A stretch of 60,000 bases of DNA from Malacoraja senta (lineage: Eukaryota), in NCBI GenBank assembly GCA_038087875.1, contig CM075990.1, positions 7,132,001-7,192,000 of the forward strand, given 5' to 3'. Shown piece after piece: positions 39,481-52,409 of this stretch. Within the stretch, counting starts at the first letter, position 1, and every line of letters begins with the position of its first letter. The notes beneath the pieces were generated by a model. The model was not told where the DNA came from. It searched no databases and saw only the letters and a list, made by a program, of their open reading frames with translations. A program made the position numbers and the translations under genes.

Positions 39481-39881
39481 CAAAGATCCTACAGCGAGCA
39501 AGATAGACCACTCGACGAAAAAGACCTAGTACGGTCATGGGCAGATTCATGGGTAATTTTCGGCCCCATTTCCGTAACCGGCTTCCGTCTCCGCACCAAA
39601 GATCCCATAGGATACTAGTGCGGAGATGGAAGCCGGTTACGGAAACATCCTCGTAAAAATAAAAGTTCTTTGGTAAAAATCTTCTCCTCATTTTCAGAAT
39701 TAGAATTTATTAACACACACTGTTCCCCCGCAATGTTGATTACACTGCGAGTTGGGTCGGGTCGGGTCGGGTCGGGTTACATGAAATGGATGAAAAAAAG
39801 GCCTACGTTCCGCTCCGTTGCGTACTACACGTCAGCCCATTTAGCAGGAGTGGTCTATCTTGCTGTGCTATAGGATCTTTG
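39481..39881. mobile_element. Non-autonomous DNA transposon with 8-bp TSD (P-like or hAT)
   Basis: ~33-bp TIR caaagatcctacagcgagcaagatagaccactc / gagtggtctatcttgctgtgctataggatctttg; TSD CTTCTACC at 39473-39480 and 39882-39889. Confidence 0.88.
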
Positions 39882-40436
39882 CTTCTACCAATTCTAACTT
39901 TCGATAGATAGTCGGGCAGTGATAGCATCAGCTTAGTGGAAATATGGTTTTCGACATGTTTCAAATCATATTAATTCTGACAACCCTGCTTAACCGCTGT
40001 CATCCTTCATGTGAGAACCTCAGATTAGCAACACTTTTTCTTGCCAAGGGTAAAGAGTGAAAGTGAATGTTGGAAAACGTTAAAGGATCAAAGTCTCTTT
40101 GTAATTGTTACATTGACGGAGCGGACTGGCGTTCCAAATGATCTCTGAGATTATAGTATCATCTGTCCCTGACGCAATGATCATCTTGGTGCGATTAACC
40201 TAACTGCGGTGTATCTTTGATTTTGCACCTTTGCTGAGTTTTCAATCCTCCTCGCCAGAATATTTACCCACGCGGTCACGGGGACAACGTGCAAACTCCA
40301 CACACACAGAGCACCAGTGGTCAGGGCCACAGAGAACAGAGGGTGGTGAATGGTCGGCCCGGACTCGGTGGGCCGAAGGTCCAGTTCCCGCGCTGTATCT
40401 TGAAAAAGTCTAAAAAAAGTCTGAAAGTACTTTAAG

Positions 40437-40640
40437 GTGGCACAGCAGCACAGCGGTAGAGTTGCTGCCTCACAGCGGCAGTTTCAATCCTGGCTACGGG
40501 TGCTGTCTGTACGGGCTTTGTACATTCTCCCTGCAACCATGTGGGTTTTCCAGTTTCCTCCACATCCCAAAGGCATGCGGGTTTGTAGGTTAGTTGGCTT
40601 CAGCACGTTGCAAATTGTCCCCAGTGTGCAGGATAGCACT
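40437..40640 (+). mobile_element. V-SINE (partial)
   Basis: Head and V-domain; interrupted by CR1, tail resumes at about 41240-41315. Confidence 0.7.
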
Positions 40641-41230
40641 TAGAAAGCATAGAAACATTGAAAATAGGTGCTTCGAGCCAGCACCGCAATTCATTGTGAT
40701 CATGGCTGATCGTCCCCTATCAATAACCCGTGCCTGCCTTCTCCCCATATCCCTTGACTCCACTAGCCCCTAGAGCTCTATCTAACTCTCTCTTTAATCC
40801 ATCCAGTGACTTGGCCTCCACTGCCCTCTATGGCAGGGAATTCCATAAATTCACAACTCTCTGGGTGAAAAGGTTTTTTCTCACCTCAGTCTGAAATGAC
40901 CTCCTCTTTATTCGAAGACTGTGGCCCTTGGTTGTGGACTCGCCCAACATTGGGAACATGTTTCCTGCATCTAGCTTGTCCAGTCCTTTTATAATGTTAT
41001 ATGTTTCTATAAGATCCCCCCCTCATCCTTCTAAACTCCAGTGAATACAAGCCTAGTCTTTTCAATCTTTCCTCATATGACATTCCCGCCATCCCAGGGA
41101 TCAATCTCGTGAACCTATGCTGCACTGCCTCAATCACGAGGATGTCCTTCCTCAAATTAGGAGACCAAAACTGTACACAATACTCCAGATGTGGTCACAC
41201 CAGAGCCCTATACAACTGCAGAAGAACCTA
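40641..41230 (-). mobile_element. CR1 LINE 3' fragment
   Basis: Very similar to 25090-25690 (aattaggagaccaaaactgtacacaatactccagatgtggtc). Confidence 0.9.
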
Positions 41231-42339
41231 TACTGTTGCACAGGGTCATCGCCGGTTGGCGCGGACATGGTGGGGCAAAGGACCTCTTTCCACGCTGTAT
41301 CTCAAAAACTAAACAAAAGTGAAAAGCCAGGATTGAACTGGGGTCTCTTGTGCTGTGAGGCAGCAGCACTACCAGGTGCAGGAAACTCTTCAGCCAGCAC
41401 ATTCATTGCCAGAGCAACTGATATAGCTTGTGAAAGAAGGAACGGCAGATGCTGGTTTAAACCGAAGAAAGACACAAAAAGCTGGAGTAACTCAGCAGGT
41501 CAGGCAGCATTTCTGAAGAAGGGTCTCAACCCAAAACGTCACCTATTCCTTTTCTCCAATGATGCTGCCTGACCCGCTGAGTTTCTCCAGCTTTTTTGTG
41601 TCCAGCCGATACAGCTCGCTCGATTACACCTTTGACAAACACTGAGCTATGCCGGAGAATGGTGATTGCGTAGGGGTTTGCCTATTTCTGTGGAGTTAAA
41701 TAAAGCAACAGAGGCTGTGATGCCCAGTGGGATCCCTGCACAAGACATCTCCTGTGCTAATGTTGTTCTTGTGTCGCTGTTAAGGTGACCTGGGTTCGGT
41801 CAGTGTTTGCTGACGTGGTTGAAGAAGTCTGCGATGTGAACGCAACTGGGCATTTTAGGAGATTGTTAATCATCAGCACAAAATGCCGGAGTGACTCAAC
41901 GGGACAGGCCGCATCTCTGGAGAGAAGGATTGGGAGATGTTTTGTGTCGGGACCCTTCATCAGACTCTGGTCTGAAATGTCTCTCATTCCTTCCCTCCAG
42001 AGATGCTGCCTGTCCTGCTGTCACTCCGACATTTTGTGTCTATCTTCGGTTTAAACCAGCATCTGCAATTCCTCCCTCCACATTAATCATCAGCTGCTGG
42101 CTTAGCTAGTCAGAAGGAAACTAATTGCCTATCACCGGCAAACAGTTTTTTTTTATTTACACAGCAATAAAACTCAATGAGAGTGGCCTGTGTTTTAATC
42201 AGCAAAAGCCTGCAAACCAGCTGTGGCCTCACAATGTCTTTGTCTGACGCCCTGGAGATGACTTCGCTTATTAAAGGAGAAATGCCCTCTAATTGTCACC
42301 GTAGACTGAATGTCACAGGGGGGTTATCAGTGAACATTG

Positions 42340-42583
42340 TGCAGGAAGGAACTGCAGATGCTGGTTTAAACCGAAGGTAGACACAAAAAGCTGGAGTAAC
42401 TCAGCCGGTCAGACAGCATCTCTGGAGAGAGGGAATAGGTGACGTTTCGGGTCGAGAGCCTTCTTCACTGAAGAATGGTCTCGACTCGAAACGTCTCCAG
42501 AGATGTTGCCTGAGCTGCTGAGTTACTCCAGCATTTTGTGTCCTTTTGTGTATTAACCCGCATCTGGATCTCCTTGTGTCTAC
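42340..42583. mobile_element. Fold-back Penelope-like repeat pair
   Basis: Hammerhead regions meet head to head at cttcttca|ctgaagaa (about 42467). Confidence 0.8.
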
Positions 42584-43464
42584 AGTACGACTGACTTGCC
42601 CCAAATAAAGCAGTGGAAGAATTGCTACGCCAAGGATCTGTGGGGGACGACTAAAGTCTAGGGTCCTCCCGCTGTTAGGGATAGGAAAGGTTCATTGGTA
42701 TATGGACCAAACGCAGGCTGATGAGACTAATGTATATGAGGTATCCTGGTTGGCATAGGCAAGTTGGGCCGAAGGGCCTTTTTCCATGACTGCTGACTAT
42801 TGAGTCAGAGTGCAGTGGGGACACCCTTCAAATGAGGGAAGCGATATTACTCCAGGGGACCACATGAGTGGGAAGGGTATACTGTTCAAGAATAGGTGCA
42901 AACACTATTGAGTTTGAAGCAACTGAATGTACAGACACTGAGGGTGGAAGAAAGAACTGCAGATGCTGGTTTAAATCGAAGGTAGACACAAAATGCTGGA
43001 AGAACTCAGCGGGACAGACACTGAGAATGTATGAAGAGATTTTACACAGTTTTTTAAATTATATATATTTTTTATTCTGGATAAAATATATTTTGGAAAG
43101 AAAAGTCGATGATGCGCTGTGTAAAACCTTCTTGGTTTCTGCCATCGCAATGCATACACCCTGGCTGGAGTCACTTCATTTTTTACTATAAAGATACCTG
43201 AATGTCAAATGAGTTATATATTTTATCTTTAATTATAATATTGAAATGTCATTGTTGTTGGTTCGTTAAATATTGCCCAGGACATTACAGAGAACTTCCC
43301 TGCATTATATTTAGGTGAGCAAAGCATGTCAGGAAAGGAACTGCAGATGCTGGGATAGACCGAAGATAAGACACAAAATGCTGGAGTAACTCAGCGGGTC
43401 AGGCAGCATCTCTGGAGCAAAAGGATGGCTGACATTTTGAGTCAGGACTCGTGACATTTCTTCA

Positions 43465-43740
43465 GATGCAGCGGCACAGCAGTACAGTTGCTGCCTGACG
43501 GTGCCAGAGACCCAGGTTCGATCCTGACTGCAAGTGCTGTCTGTACGGAGTTTTTATGTTCTCCCTGCGACCACATGGGTTTTTCTCCGGTTGCTACCCA
43601 CATTCCAAAGGCGTGCAGGTTTGTCGGTAAATTGGCTTCTGTAAAATGTCCCCAGTGTGTACGATAGAAATAGTCTACAGATGATGGCTGGTCGGCACAG
43701 ACTTGGTGGGCCGAAGGGCCTGTTTCCAAGATGTATCACG
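43465..43740 (+). mobile_element. V-SINE
   Basis: B box ggttcgatcc, V-domain, tail. Confidence 0.8.
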
Positions 43741-44152
43741 AAAACGGAAAAAACGATGTGGAAATGCAGAGAATGGAGGGACATGGATTATGTGCAGACT
43801 TGGTCTTTGCATCATGTTCAGCACAGACTTTGTGGGCCGAATGGCCTGGTTCTGTGCTGTGCTGTTCTATGTTCTATCTAGTATCCTGCTTTTTATTAAT
43901 ATACAATAGATGGCAGAATACTGAGCACTGTGGAGGCGCAGAGGGAGAAGGGGCTTACTGACGGTAATGGGAAAGGTCAAGAAGATGATTAAAACATCAC
44001 TTGTCTGCCATTCTTTATTAGCTGAAGCTCAGAATTATAGAGCAGAAAGTTCATGCTGAAGTTGTGTGCAACACTAGTTTGTCTCAGCTTGAGCACTGCA
44101 TACAGTTCTAGTCACAGGAAGGATGTGAATGCATTGGAGAGGGTGCAGAGGA

Positions 44153-44379
44153 GACCTAATTCACGACCTCTGCCGAGTTTGCCCTTGACTCATACTCGCA
44201 GTATGGTCGTCACGAGGTCGTAGGAGGTCGTAGGAGGTCGTAGGTAGGTCGTAGCAGGCCGTGATGCTAGTCGTAGGTACTCGTGGCATCAAGTAGGTCG
44301 GGGCGTTTTTCTACCCTGATGAAAAATGTCCACGAGTAAAAAAATTTGTGAATTAGGTGGTGAAAGTGGGACAGGCCCT
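44153..44379. mobile_element. PIF/Harbinger-type MITE (left TIR truncated)
   Basis: Same interior as 37383; right end gtgaaagtgggacaggccct|TAA. Confidence 0.8.
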
Positions 44380-44734
44380 TAATAAAGATATTGATAGCTC
44401 TGGAGAATTGGAGCTGTGATTCAAAATTGGACCCGGAGAGGCTGCACAGAGATTTAGATCATAAGATCATCAGTGGTTGGAGTAGAATTAGGCCATTCGG
44501 CCCATCAAGATTACTCCACCATTCAATCATGGCTGATCTATCTCTCGCTCCTAATCCCATTCTCCCGCCTTCTCCCCATAATCTTTGACACCTGTACTAA
44601 TCAAATTTAAGTGAAGTCTTTAAAATCATGACAGGTTTATATTGTGTAAATCAGGACATTTAATCAGTCAGATAGAGACACAGCCAGAAAAACAGAGATG
44701 GCGAATATAGATCCTTTTTGCATATTGTTTATAG

Positions 44735-45034
44735 TTTAGTTTAATTTAGAGAAACAGCGTGGAAACAAGTCCTTTGGCCCTCCGAGTCTGCACCGACCAG
44801 CGATCCCCGCACATTAACATTATCCTACACAATTTACACTTATACCAAGCCAATTAACCAACAAACCTGTACGCCTTTGGAATGTGGGAGGAAACCAAAG
44901 ATTTTGAAGAAAACCCACGCGGGTCACGGGGAGAATGCACAAACGCCGTACAGACAGCACCCATAGTCAAGATCGAACCCGGGTCTCTGGCGCTGAGAGC
45001 GCTGTAAGGCAGCAACTCTACCGCTGCGCCACCG
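44735..45034 (-). mobile_element. V-SINE
   Basis: Full reverse-complement SINE. Confidence 0.85.
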
Positions 45035-45499
45035 TAGAATACACTACCATTCAACTACATATTTACACTAATCCTACATTAATTGCATATTTTAAACTTC
45101 TCCCCACATTCTCATCAATTTCCCCCAGATTTGACCACTCATCCGCAAACTTGAGCAGCCAATGATGCAAAAAAAAAACCAAGTGCTGCCCACCATGGGT
45201 GTTGCCTGGCCTGCTGAGTTCCTCCAGCACTTTAATTTGGCTCAAGAATTCAAGTTTCGGCAGTCTCCTGCGTCTTTGTCAGCAATTAATCTAGCTCCCT
45301 GCAGACCTTTGGGCAATGGGAGGACACCGGAGCACTCGTGGGAAACCCACGCTGTCACAGGGAGAACGTGCAAACTCCACACTGACAGCACATCGAGTTA
45401 GAATTGATCACCCAGCTTTGGAACTGTGAGGTTGTGGCTCTACCAGCTGTGCCACTGCTACACGGTGGGAGAGGAGGGACATTAATTCGGTTGTGATCT

Positions 45500-45710
45500 A
45501 TTGCAATTCTCTGCCTCAGAGGGCGGAGGAGGCAGGTTCTCTGAATGCTTTGAGAGAGCTAGATAGGGCTCTTAAAAATAGCGGAGTCAGGGGATATGGG
45601 GAGAAGGCAGGAACGGGGTACTGATTGGGGATGATCAGCCCTGATCACATTGAATGGCGGTGCTGGCTCGAAGGGCCGAATGGCCTACTCCTGCCACCTA
45701 TTGTCTATTG
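45500..45710 (+). mobile_element. CR1 3' tail
   Basis: aattctctgcctcagagggcgg...tcgaagggccgaatggcctactcctg + tattgtc repeats. Confidence 0.8.
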
Positions 45711-46719
45711 CCTCTCTTTCTTGTGTACGAAGGATCTGCAGATGCTGGTTTAAACCAAAGATAGACGCAAAAAGCTGGAGTAACTCAGCACGATAGGCAG
45801 TATCTCTGGAGAGAAGGAATGGGTGACGTCACCCATTTCCCACTCCAGAGATGCTGCATGTCCCGCTGAGTTACTCCAGCCTTTTGTGTCTGCCTCTCTC
45901 TCTTGTTTGGTTTGGAAGCAGACCTCCCACCCTGAATGTATGGGGTAGCCTCATCTCTAAAGACAAAAGCTTCCCTTTTTAGGGCTTAAACCAGCTCTGT
46001 TGCGTAAATGAGATTAAACGTTAGTTAAAAATCTTCCAAACAAACAGTGGTCAAGAGTTTGATCATTTGAAGACAAAAGAAACTGCAGAGTTACTCCTGC
46101 ACTTTGTGTTTCGATAATAAGAATGTGGTCTTCCAGCAGAGACCAACAACTTGCACGAGTAACCAAAGCATTACCAGTGATCCTTTGTGTTCAAAATGCA
46201 GGACAATAGCTTGCCTTAAAGCTCACCCTCAGAAAAGCAGCCTGTTTGACCTCTTGGTACCAATTTATGAAGAGATTTATGATGTGTCTCTTTTCCTGCT
46301 ATAAAACAGATTGAATCTTGAAAACCACATTTTTTTCAGGGCCCCGCACAGACAGAGCAAACATTTAACTCACCGATCTGGCCTGAGTTTGAACTCAAGG
46401 TACTTTTACATACTTGGCCACGGGAATGTACTGTACACTGTGGTCAATATGTCCAATATGTGTGCAATGTGTAATGAGTTCCTGTGCAGCTCCAACATAA
46501 AGTGAGGGGAGGTACCGAGCCCAACTCAAGGGGCATTGCCTTGGAAGCAGTACTGTCCTGGAGCGCTCGGACTGGGTTATTGCCATCTTCTGCCAGGGTT
46601 CAACTCGCATCATCCCAGCAGAAGGAGAGCAACTGAGGAGTTGTCTGTCGATACATGATTTGTACCATGCCATTTGAATGCTGTTGCTGTCCCTTGCTGC
46701 CACAGGGAGGCACATATAG

Positions 46720-47322
46720 AAGGCACATCAGCGCCTCTACTTCCTGAGAAGATTACGGAGAGTCGGTTTGTCAAAGAGGATTCTCCTGAACTTCTACAGG
46801 TGCACAGTAGAGAGCATGCTGACCGGTTGCATCGTGGCCTGGTTCGGCAACTTGAACGTCCAGGAGCGGATAAGACTGCAAAACGTTGTGGCCACTGCCC
46901 AGTCCAACACCGGCTCTGACCTCCCCACCGTCGAAGAGATCTATCGAAGTCGCTGCCTCAAAAAGGCAGCCAATACCATCAAAGACCCACACCATCCTGG
47001 CCACACACTCATCTCACCATTGCCATCGGGAAGAAGGTACAGGAGCCTGTAAACTGTAACGTCCAGGTTCAGGAACAGCTTCGTCCCTACAGCCATCAGG
47101 CTGTTAAACATGACAACAAATAAACTCTGAACTACAACAGACTATTATTATTATTGCACTATATTTGTTTATTTATTGAGTATGTGTGCATGTGTATATA
47201 TACACACTGAACGTCTCTCCCGTTATGTACTATGTTTATATATTCTGTTGTGCTGCATCAGGCAAGAATTTCATTGTCCTATCTGGGACATATGACAATA
47301 AAACAATCTTGACTCTTGACTC
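46720..47322 (+). mobile_element. Rex1/Babar-like LINE 3' fragment
   Basis: LLNFYRCTVESMLTGCIVAWFGN...KDPHHPGHTLISPLPSGRRYRSL; (cttgact)n tail; same family as 8217. Confidence 0.88.
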
Positions 47323-48344
47323 TTGAGAAGGTACAAACTCCATTCAGACAGCACCCAGGTGAAGATCTAAACCGGGACTCTGGCACAGCAACTCAGTGGG
47401 TCAGTCAGCATCTGAAGTTGGTGCAGGCAGCATTTGAAGGGCCCCGACCTAAAACATCGCATATCCACACTCTCCTGAGATGCTGCTTGATCCACTGAGC
47501 TACTCCAGCACCCTGTGTCTTCCACAGTGAGAATGGTAGGTAGACAGAAATGCTGGAGAAACTCAGCGGGTGCAGCGGCATCTATGGAGCGAAGGAAATA
47601 GGCTTGAAATGGGAGGATGGCGGCTTGTGCAGCCTCAATTCTGGTGAGTTCTGCCACGGCTCACGAGTCGGTGTAGAGAAGAGGGCTGCACAAAAACCTG
47701 TGCGTGAATGGGTTTAAGGTGGAGAAGCTGTTGCACTGTAACAACCCCACCCTCTCGGTCGCAGAAGTCCAGTGGTATGAAAAATCATCACAGCTGGAGA
47801 CTTCTTGGCTGCAGTGGATGGCCATGTTGTCTTTAGTGCTCTGACTAGCTCTTCGTGTGTCAACAGTGTGTCGCTGTGTCGTCTTTCCAGCCGTTGGTTC
47901 ATAAAGATCTCTTCCGCCTTGTCCGCCAAAGCAGGCTTTCCATGAAAGGATGAGCATGTCCCACAGGTTGAACTGGTCCACATGGTACCAGTTGCAAGGC
48001 TGTGCCTTGACCCGACATATACCTAAGGTGAGAATATACCTACGTATTTTGACACCTGTAGCCTCAACAGTCACGTTTAACTTTTACCAATTAACAAATA
48101 AGAAATCACTGTCTGTCGTTCAATTAATCATATCATATCACAATGAATTTAATGTTATTCCAACATTGACTTTGTTGGAGAGATGTCACAACAATCAAGC
48201 AGAACTGAATAACAACATTTCATAGGTCTCAGGTTGACAGAATATTGAGTTACTGAAGGGATCCATTTCATAACTTCAATAATCCTTTCGACACAGTGAG
48301 GTGGGTCTGAATTTATGAGCGACCTGTCTGGTTTTCAGCAATTA

Positions 48345-48737
48345 TACGATACGATAGAACTTTATTTCTCCCAGGAGGGAAATTGATCTGCCATTGGTCA
48401 TTGAACACAAGATACATGAAAGGTGACAGGACTGGGGATGTGGAAAGATTGGGGAGGGTGGGGGTGGGGACGGGGACGGGGACGGGGGGGGGGAAGCGGA
48501 GCTAGTCTATCCCACGACAGAAGGGGGAGGAGTTGTACAGTTTGATGGCCACAGGGAGGAAGGATCTCCTGTGGCGTTCTGTGCTGCATCTTGGTGGAAC
48601 CAATCAGTTGCTGAAGGTGCTCCTCAGGTTGACCAGTGTGTCATGGAGGGGGTGAGCTGTATGGTCCGAGGTGTTCCGCAGTTTGAGAAGCATCCTCCCC
48701 TCCAAGACCACCTCCAGTGAATCCAACCCCGTCCCCA
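48345..48737 (-). mobile_element. Rex1/Babar-like LINE 3' fragment
   Basis: (tacga)n tail, tttatt, and cacagggagaaggatctcctgtggcgttctgtgc (RRSFSPVAIKLYN on minus). Confidence 0.7.
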
Positions 48738-50322
48738 ACTTATGTGAGGAGACGTTTAAAAAAAAAATCGATTAAATTGTATGTAGGCTATTCCTAGGTC
48801 AGTCTGTCGGCCACTGTAGCACATTGTCCTGTACTGTAACAGCGCTAAGCAGCAATAATCGATTAGATGCAAAGGCTGGGATAGTGTTTCAAATATAATA
48901 GAGCAAAAGGCTTTTTTTTTAGAAGATCTTAGCCTGGATGCACAGCCAAGCATGTCACCAAAGTAGTGAAATTTAAACTTGATCAGGCACAATCTAATGT
49001 AATTGCAGCTGGAACTGGTGGAGATATCAGCAGAAAAATCAAGGGCAAGGGAGAAACAGCTATTGACGTGAAATCCTAACTCCGCAGTTGATCTTGCTTT
49101 ACAAGGACTGGATGATGAATGAAGATTGGATATTGGCTAAAGCATCAAAGAATCATTTTGTACGATTACAGATATGTAACCTCCTTCATCCCCACTTGGC
49201 CATTCAAGGTGCCGCAGAATCAAGAATGGTTATGGCTATTCAGCCCATCAAATCCATACCAGCTCGATGTCAAATCAGAGAGAGATGCAGCACAAGAACA
49301 GGCCTATAAGTCCACGCCAACCATCGACCATCTATTAACACCAATCATATATTAATCCTATTTTTTTAAATTGTCCTTGCTTCTCGTGAACTTCCCTTCC
49401 CTTCCCCTACCCTCCTCCCAACCTCCCCCTCCTCAACTTCCTCCCCCCCCCCCCCCAAGACCCCCCCCCCCAATGGGGTTACATTTGCTGCCTTATATAT
49501 ATGTAGGGACTCTTATAGTATGTGGGGAATTCTTAAAGATGACAACCGGTCCCACTATTATCTCCACAACCTTCCACAAAATCTTGCGAAGAAGGTCATC
49601 ATCTCCTTGAGGTTTATTGGTTTCCAGTCCCATTAATTTCTCCAATTCCATTTTGTTGCAAATGCTTTTCTTTCTGCTCCTCTTTCACGGTTATTCTCTG
49701 TTTTCTGTGTCTTGTAAAGACAGGCACAAAATATTTATTTGATTTCTCTTCCTCATTTTATTCCCCAATATAATTTCATCTTCTCTGACTCATTTGCCAA
49801 TCAGTTCCCTTTTTGACGTCTAAAGAGGCTTTGCTTTCCTGCCTTATTTTCCTGACCAGATTTATTTGGTATTCTGCTTTTCCTTTCCCTGACAACATCT
49901 CATGATATATGATGAATTTTCCCAGTCTTCAGACTTCCCATGCTTTCTCACCACATTACAATTCTTCTCCTTTGATCTAATACTATCTATCTTTCTCACG
50001 TTGGACAGTTGGACTGCTTTTCCTGCTCGCATTTTGTGCCTTAAATGGTGTATGTTTGCCGTAAACTATGTATTAATCCTGTAAATGTTGGCTATTACTG
50101 TCATGTCCTTTAATGTACTTTTCCAATGTCCTATAACAAATTGATCTCTCATATCTTTATCATTTGCTTCACATATTAGCCTGTGGTTTTAAAATGAACT
50201 CTGTAGAATCATAGGGACAAAGAGGGCAAACAAGCCGTTCAGCCCATTGCGTCTGAAGCAACCATCAACCATCCATTTACCCTAATCCTACATTCATTCC
50301 ATCTCTTTCCGTTATTCATTCC

Positions 50323-50676
50323 ATTCAAGGACCCAAGCAGTCGTTCCAGGTGCGACAGAGGTTCACCTGCACCACCTCCAACCTCATCTATTGCATCCGC
50401 TGCTCTAGATGCCAGCTGATCTACATCGGTGAGACCAAGCGTAGGCTTGGCGATCGTTTCGCCGAACACCTCCGCTCGGTCCGCATTAACCAACCTGACC
50501 TCCCTGTGGCTCAGCACTTCAACTCCCCGTCCCATTCCGAATCCGACCTTTCTGTCCTGGTCCTCCTCCATGGCCAGAGCGAGCAACACCGGAAATTGGA
50601 GGAGCAGCACCTCATATTCCGCTTGGGCAGTCTGCACCCTAGCGGCATAAACTTTGGCTTCTCCAATTTCCGGTAG
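50323..50676 (+). pseudogene. GIY-YIG endonuclease domain of Penelope-like element (5'-truncated)
   Basis: FTCTTSNLIYCIRCSRCQLIYIGETKRRLGDRFAEHLRSV...VAQHFN..H...RKLEEQHLIFRLGSLHPSGIN: GIY-YIG signature with CxxC. Confidence 0.9.
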
Positions 50677-50889
50677 CCCTTGCTGTCTCCTCCCCTTCTC
50701 AGCTCTCCCTCAGCCCTCTGGCTTCTCCTCTTCCTTTCTCCTTTCTTCTCCCCACCCCCCCCCCCTTCCCCCCCCCCCCACCCTACATCAGTCTGAAGAG
50801 GTGTTTTGGCCCGAAACGTTGCCTATTTCCTTTGCTCCATAGATGCTGCTACACCTGCTGAGTTTCTCCAGCACTTTTGTCTACCTTCA
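50323..50889 (+). mobile_element. Penelope-like retroelement 3' part: GIY-YIG endonuclease end + 3'UTR + hammerhead repeat
   Basis: ORF remnant followed by C-rich UTR and ctgaagaggtgttttggcccgaaacgtt... Confidence 0.9.
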
Positions 50890-51155
50890 TCAACAGTACA
50901 TACAGTACATACTTCCCCTACAGTACATACTGGGTGTAATTTACAGTGGCCAATTAATTAATCCTTTCTCACTGCAGAAAACTTGATCTAAAATTGCTTA
51001 TTCTCTCTTTGGTTCCCTCAACTACTGATATAGAAAAAGAGTAAAGTACAAAATGTCGGAGGAACTCAGTGGGTCAGGCAGCATCTGTGGAGGGAAATGG
51101 ACAGAAGATATTTTGAGTCTTCAGACTGAAGATAAGGAAAGCCATCTCCTTCAGT

Positions 51156-51183
51156 CTGATGAAGGGTCTCGACCTGAAACGTC
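51156..51183 (+). ncRNA. Hammerhead ribozyme motif with canonical CUGAUGA core
   Basis: CUGAUGA-A-GGGUCUCGACCU-GAAAC-GUC. Confidence 0.65.
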
Positions 51184-51979
51184 CCCTTTTCCGTTTCTCC
51201 AGAGATGCTGCCTGACCTGCTGAGTTACTTCGGCATTTTGTGTCACCCTTCACACTGATGGTCTCATCTTGTGTTTTAATCAATACCAAGAAAGCCCTGA
51301 CATCTACTGGGCAGTTGATGTAGTACAGAGCAAGAAACCACAAGAGGAACTCGAAGATAGACACTAAATGCTGGAATAACTTAGCGGGACAGGCAGCATC
51401 TCTGGAGAGAAGGAATGGGTGACATTTCGGGTCGAGACTCTTCTTTAGCATCTGTAGTTCCATCCTGCATTTATCTTTGGTGTAAGGCAGCATCTGCAGT
51501 TCCTTCCTATATTTATCTTCGGTGTAAACCAGCATCTGCAGTTCCTTCCTACACTACTAGAGGAACTCAGCAGACCAAGCAGGTTCTGTGGGGGCTAAAG
51601 GCAAAACATCAGCAATTCCTTTCCTTCTGATCTGCTGAGTTCCTGCAGCAGATTGCTTATTGCTCCAGATTCCAGCATCTGCAATCTGTTGAGTACTACA
51701 GAGGACGACAAATGCTGGACTCGTGACATTGGGACAGCTGCAATCAGTTCCTGTTAACCATCCAGTGCAGTGCAGCTTGCATTTCGAATGCTGCTCATGT
51801 TGATCACCTTCCTCCCACAACAGATTATTCCAGCAATACGCTCTCTGAGTGAAGGTACTTTCTCCCCAGCTTCCATTGTCGTTCCACCAAATGAAGCTTA
51901 CCTCTGGAGGCCTGTTTCAGTGGATGCTTTGGATTTGTATAACTAATTTTATCTAATATTTTCCTCTGTAATTCACTGA

Positions 51980-52280
51980 GACACAGCGTGGAAACAGGCC
52001 CTTCGGCCCAACTTGTCTACACCGGCCAACATGTCCCAGCTACACTAGTCCCACCTGCCCGAGTTTGGCCCATATCCCTCAAAACCTGTCCTATCCATGC
52101 ACCTGTCTAACTGTTTCTTAAATGTTGCGATAGTCCCTGCCTCAACTACCTCCTCTGGCAGCTTGTTCCATACACCCACACCCTTTGAGTGAAAAAGTTA
52201 CCCACAAATTCCTATTAAATCCTTTCCCCTTCACCTTAAACCTATGTCCTCTGGTCCTCAATTCACCTACTCTGGGCAAA
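51980..52280 (-). mobile_element. CR1 3' fragment
   Basis: Minus PRVGELRTRGHRFKVKGKGFNRNL. Confidence 0.85.
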
Positions 52281-52409
52281 GTTAGGTTAATTTTGCCTTT
52301 ACTAAGCTTATTCCCAAGAGGATCCATCTCATTCTTGTTTCTGTTCTCCATCTAAGCTCCAAAGCTCATTAGATCTGATCAGAAGCTCAAATGCATCAGT
52401 CACTACTTG

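Noticed and set aside
46340..46715. Unique stretch with splice-like signals and a 106-aa minus ORF
   Set aside because: No consistent frame between the splice signals and no recognisable product
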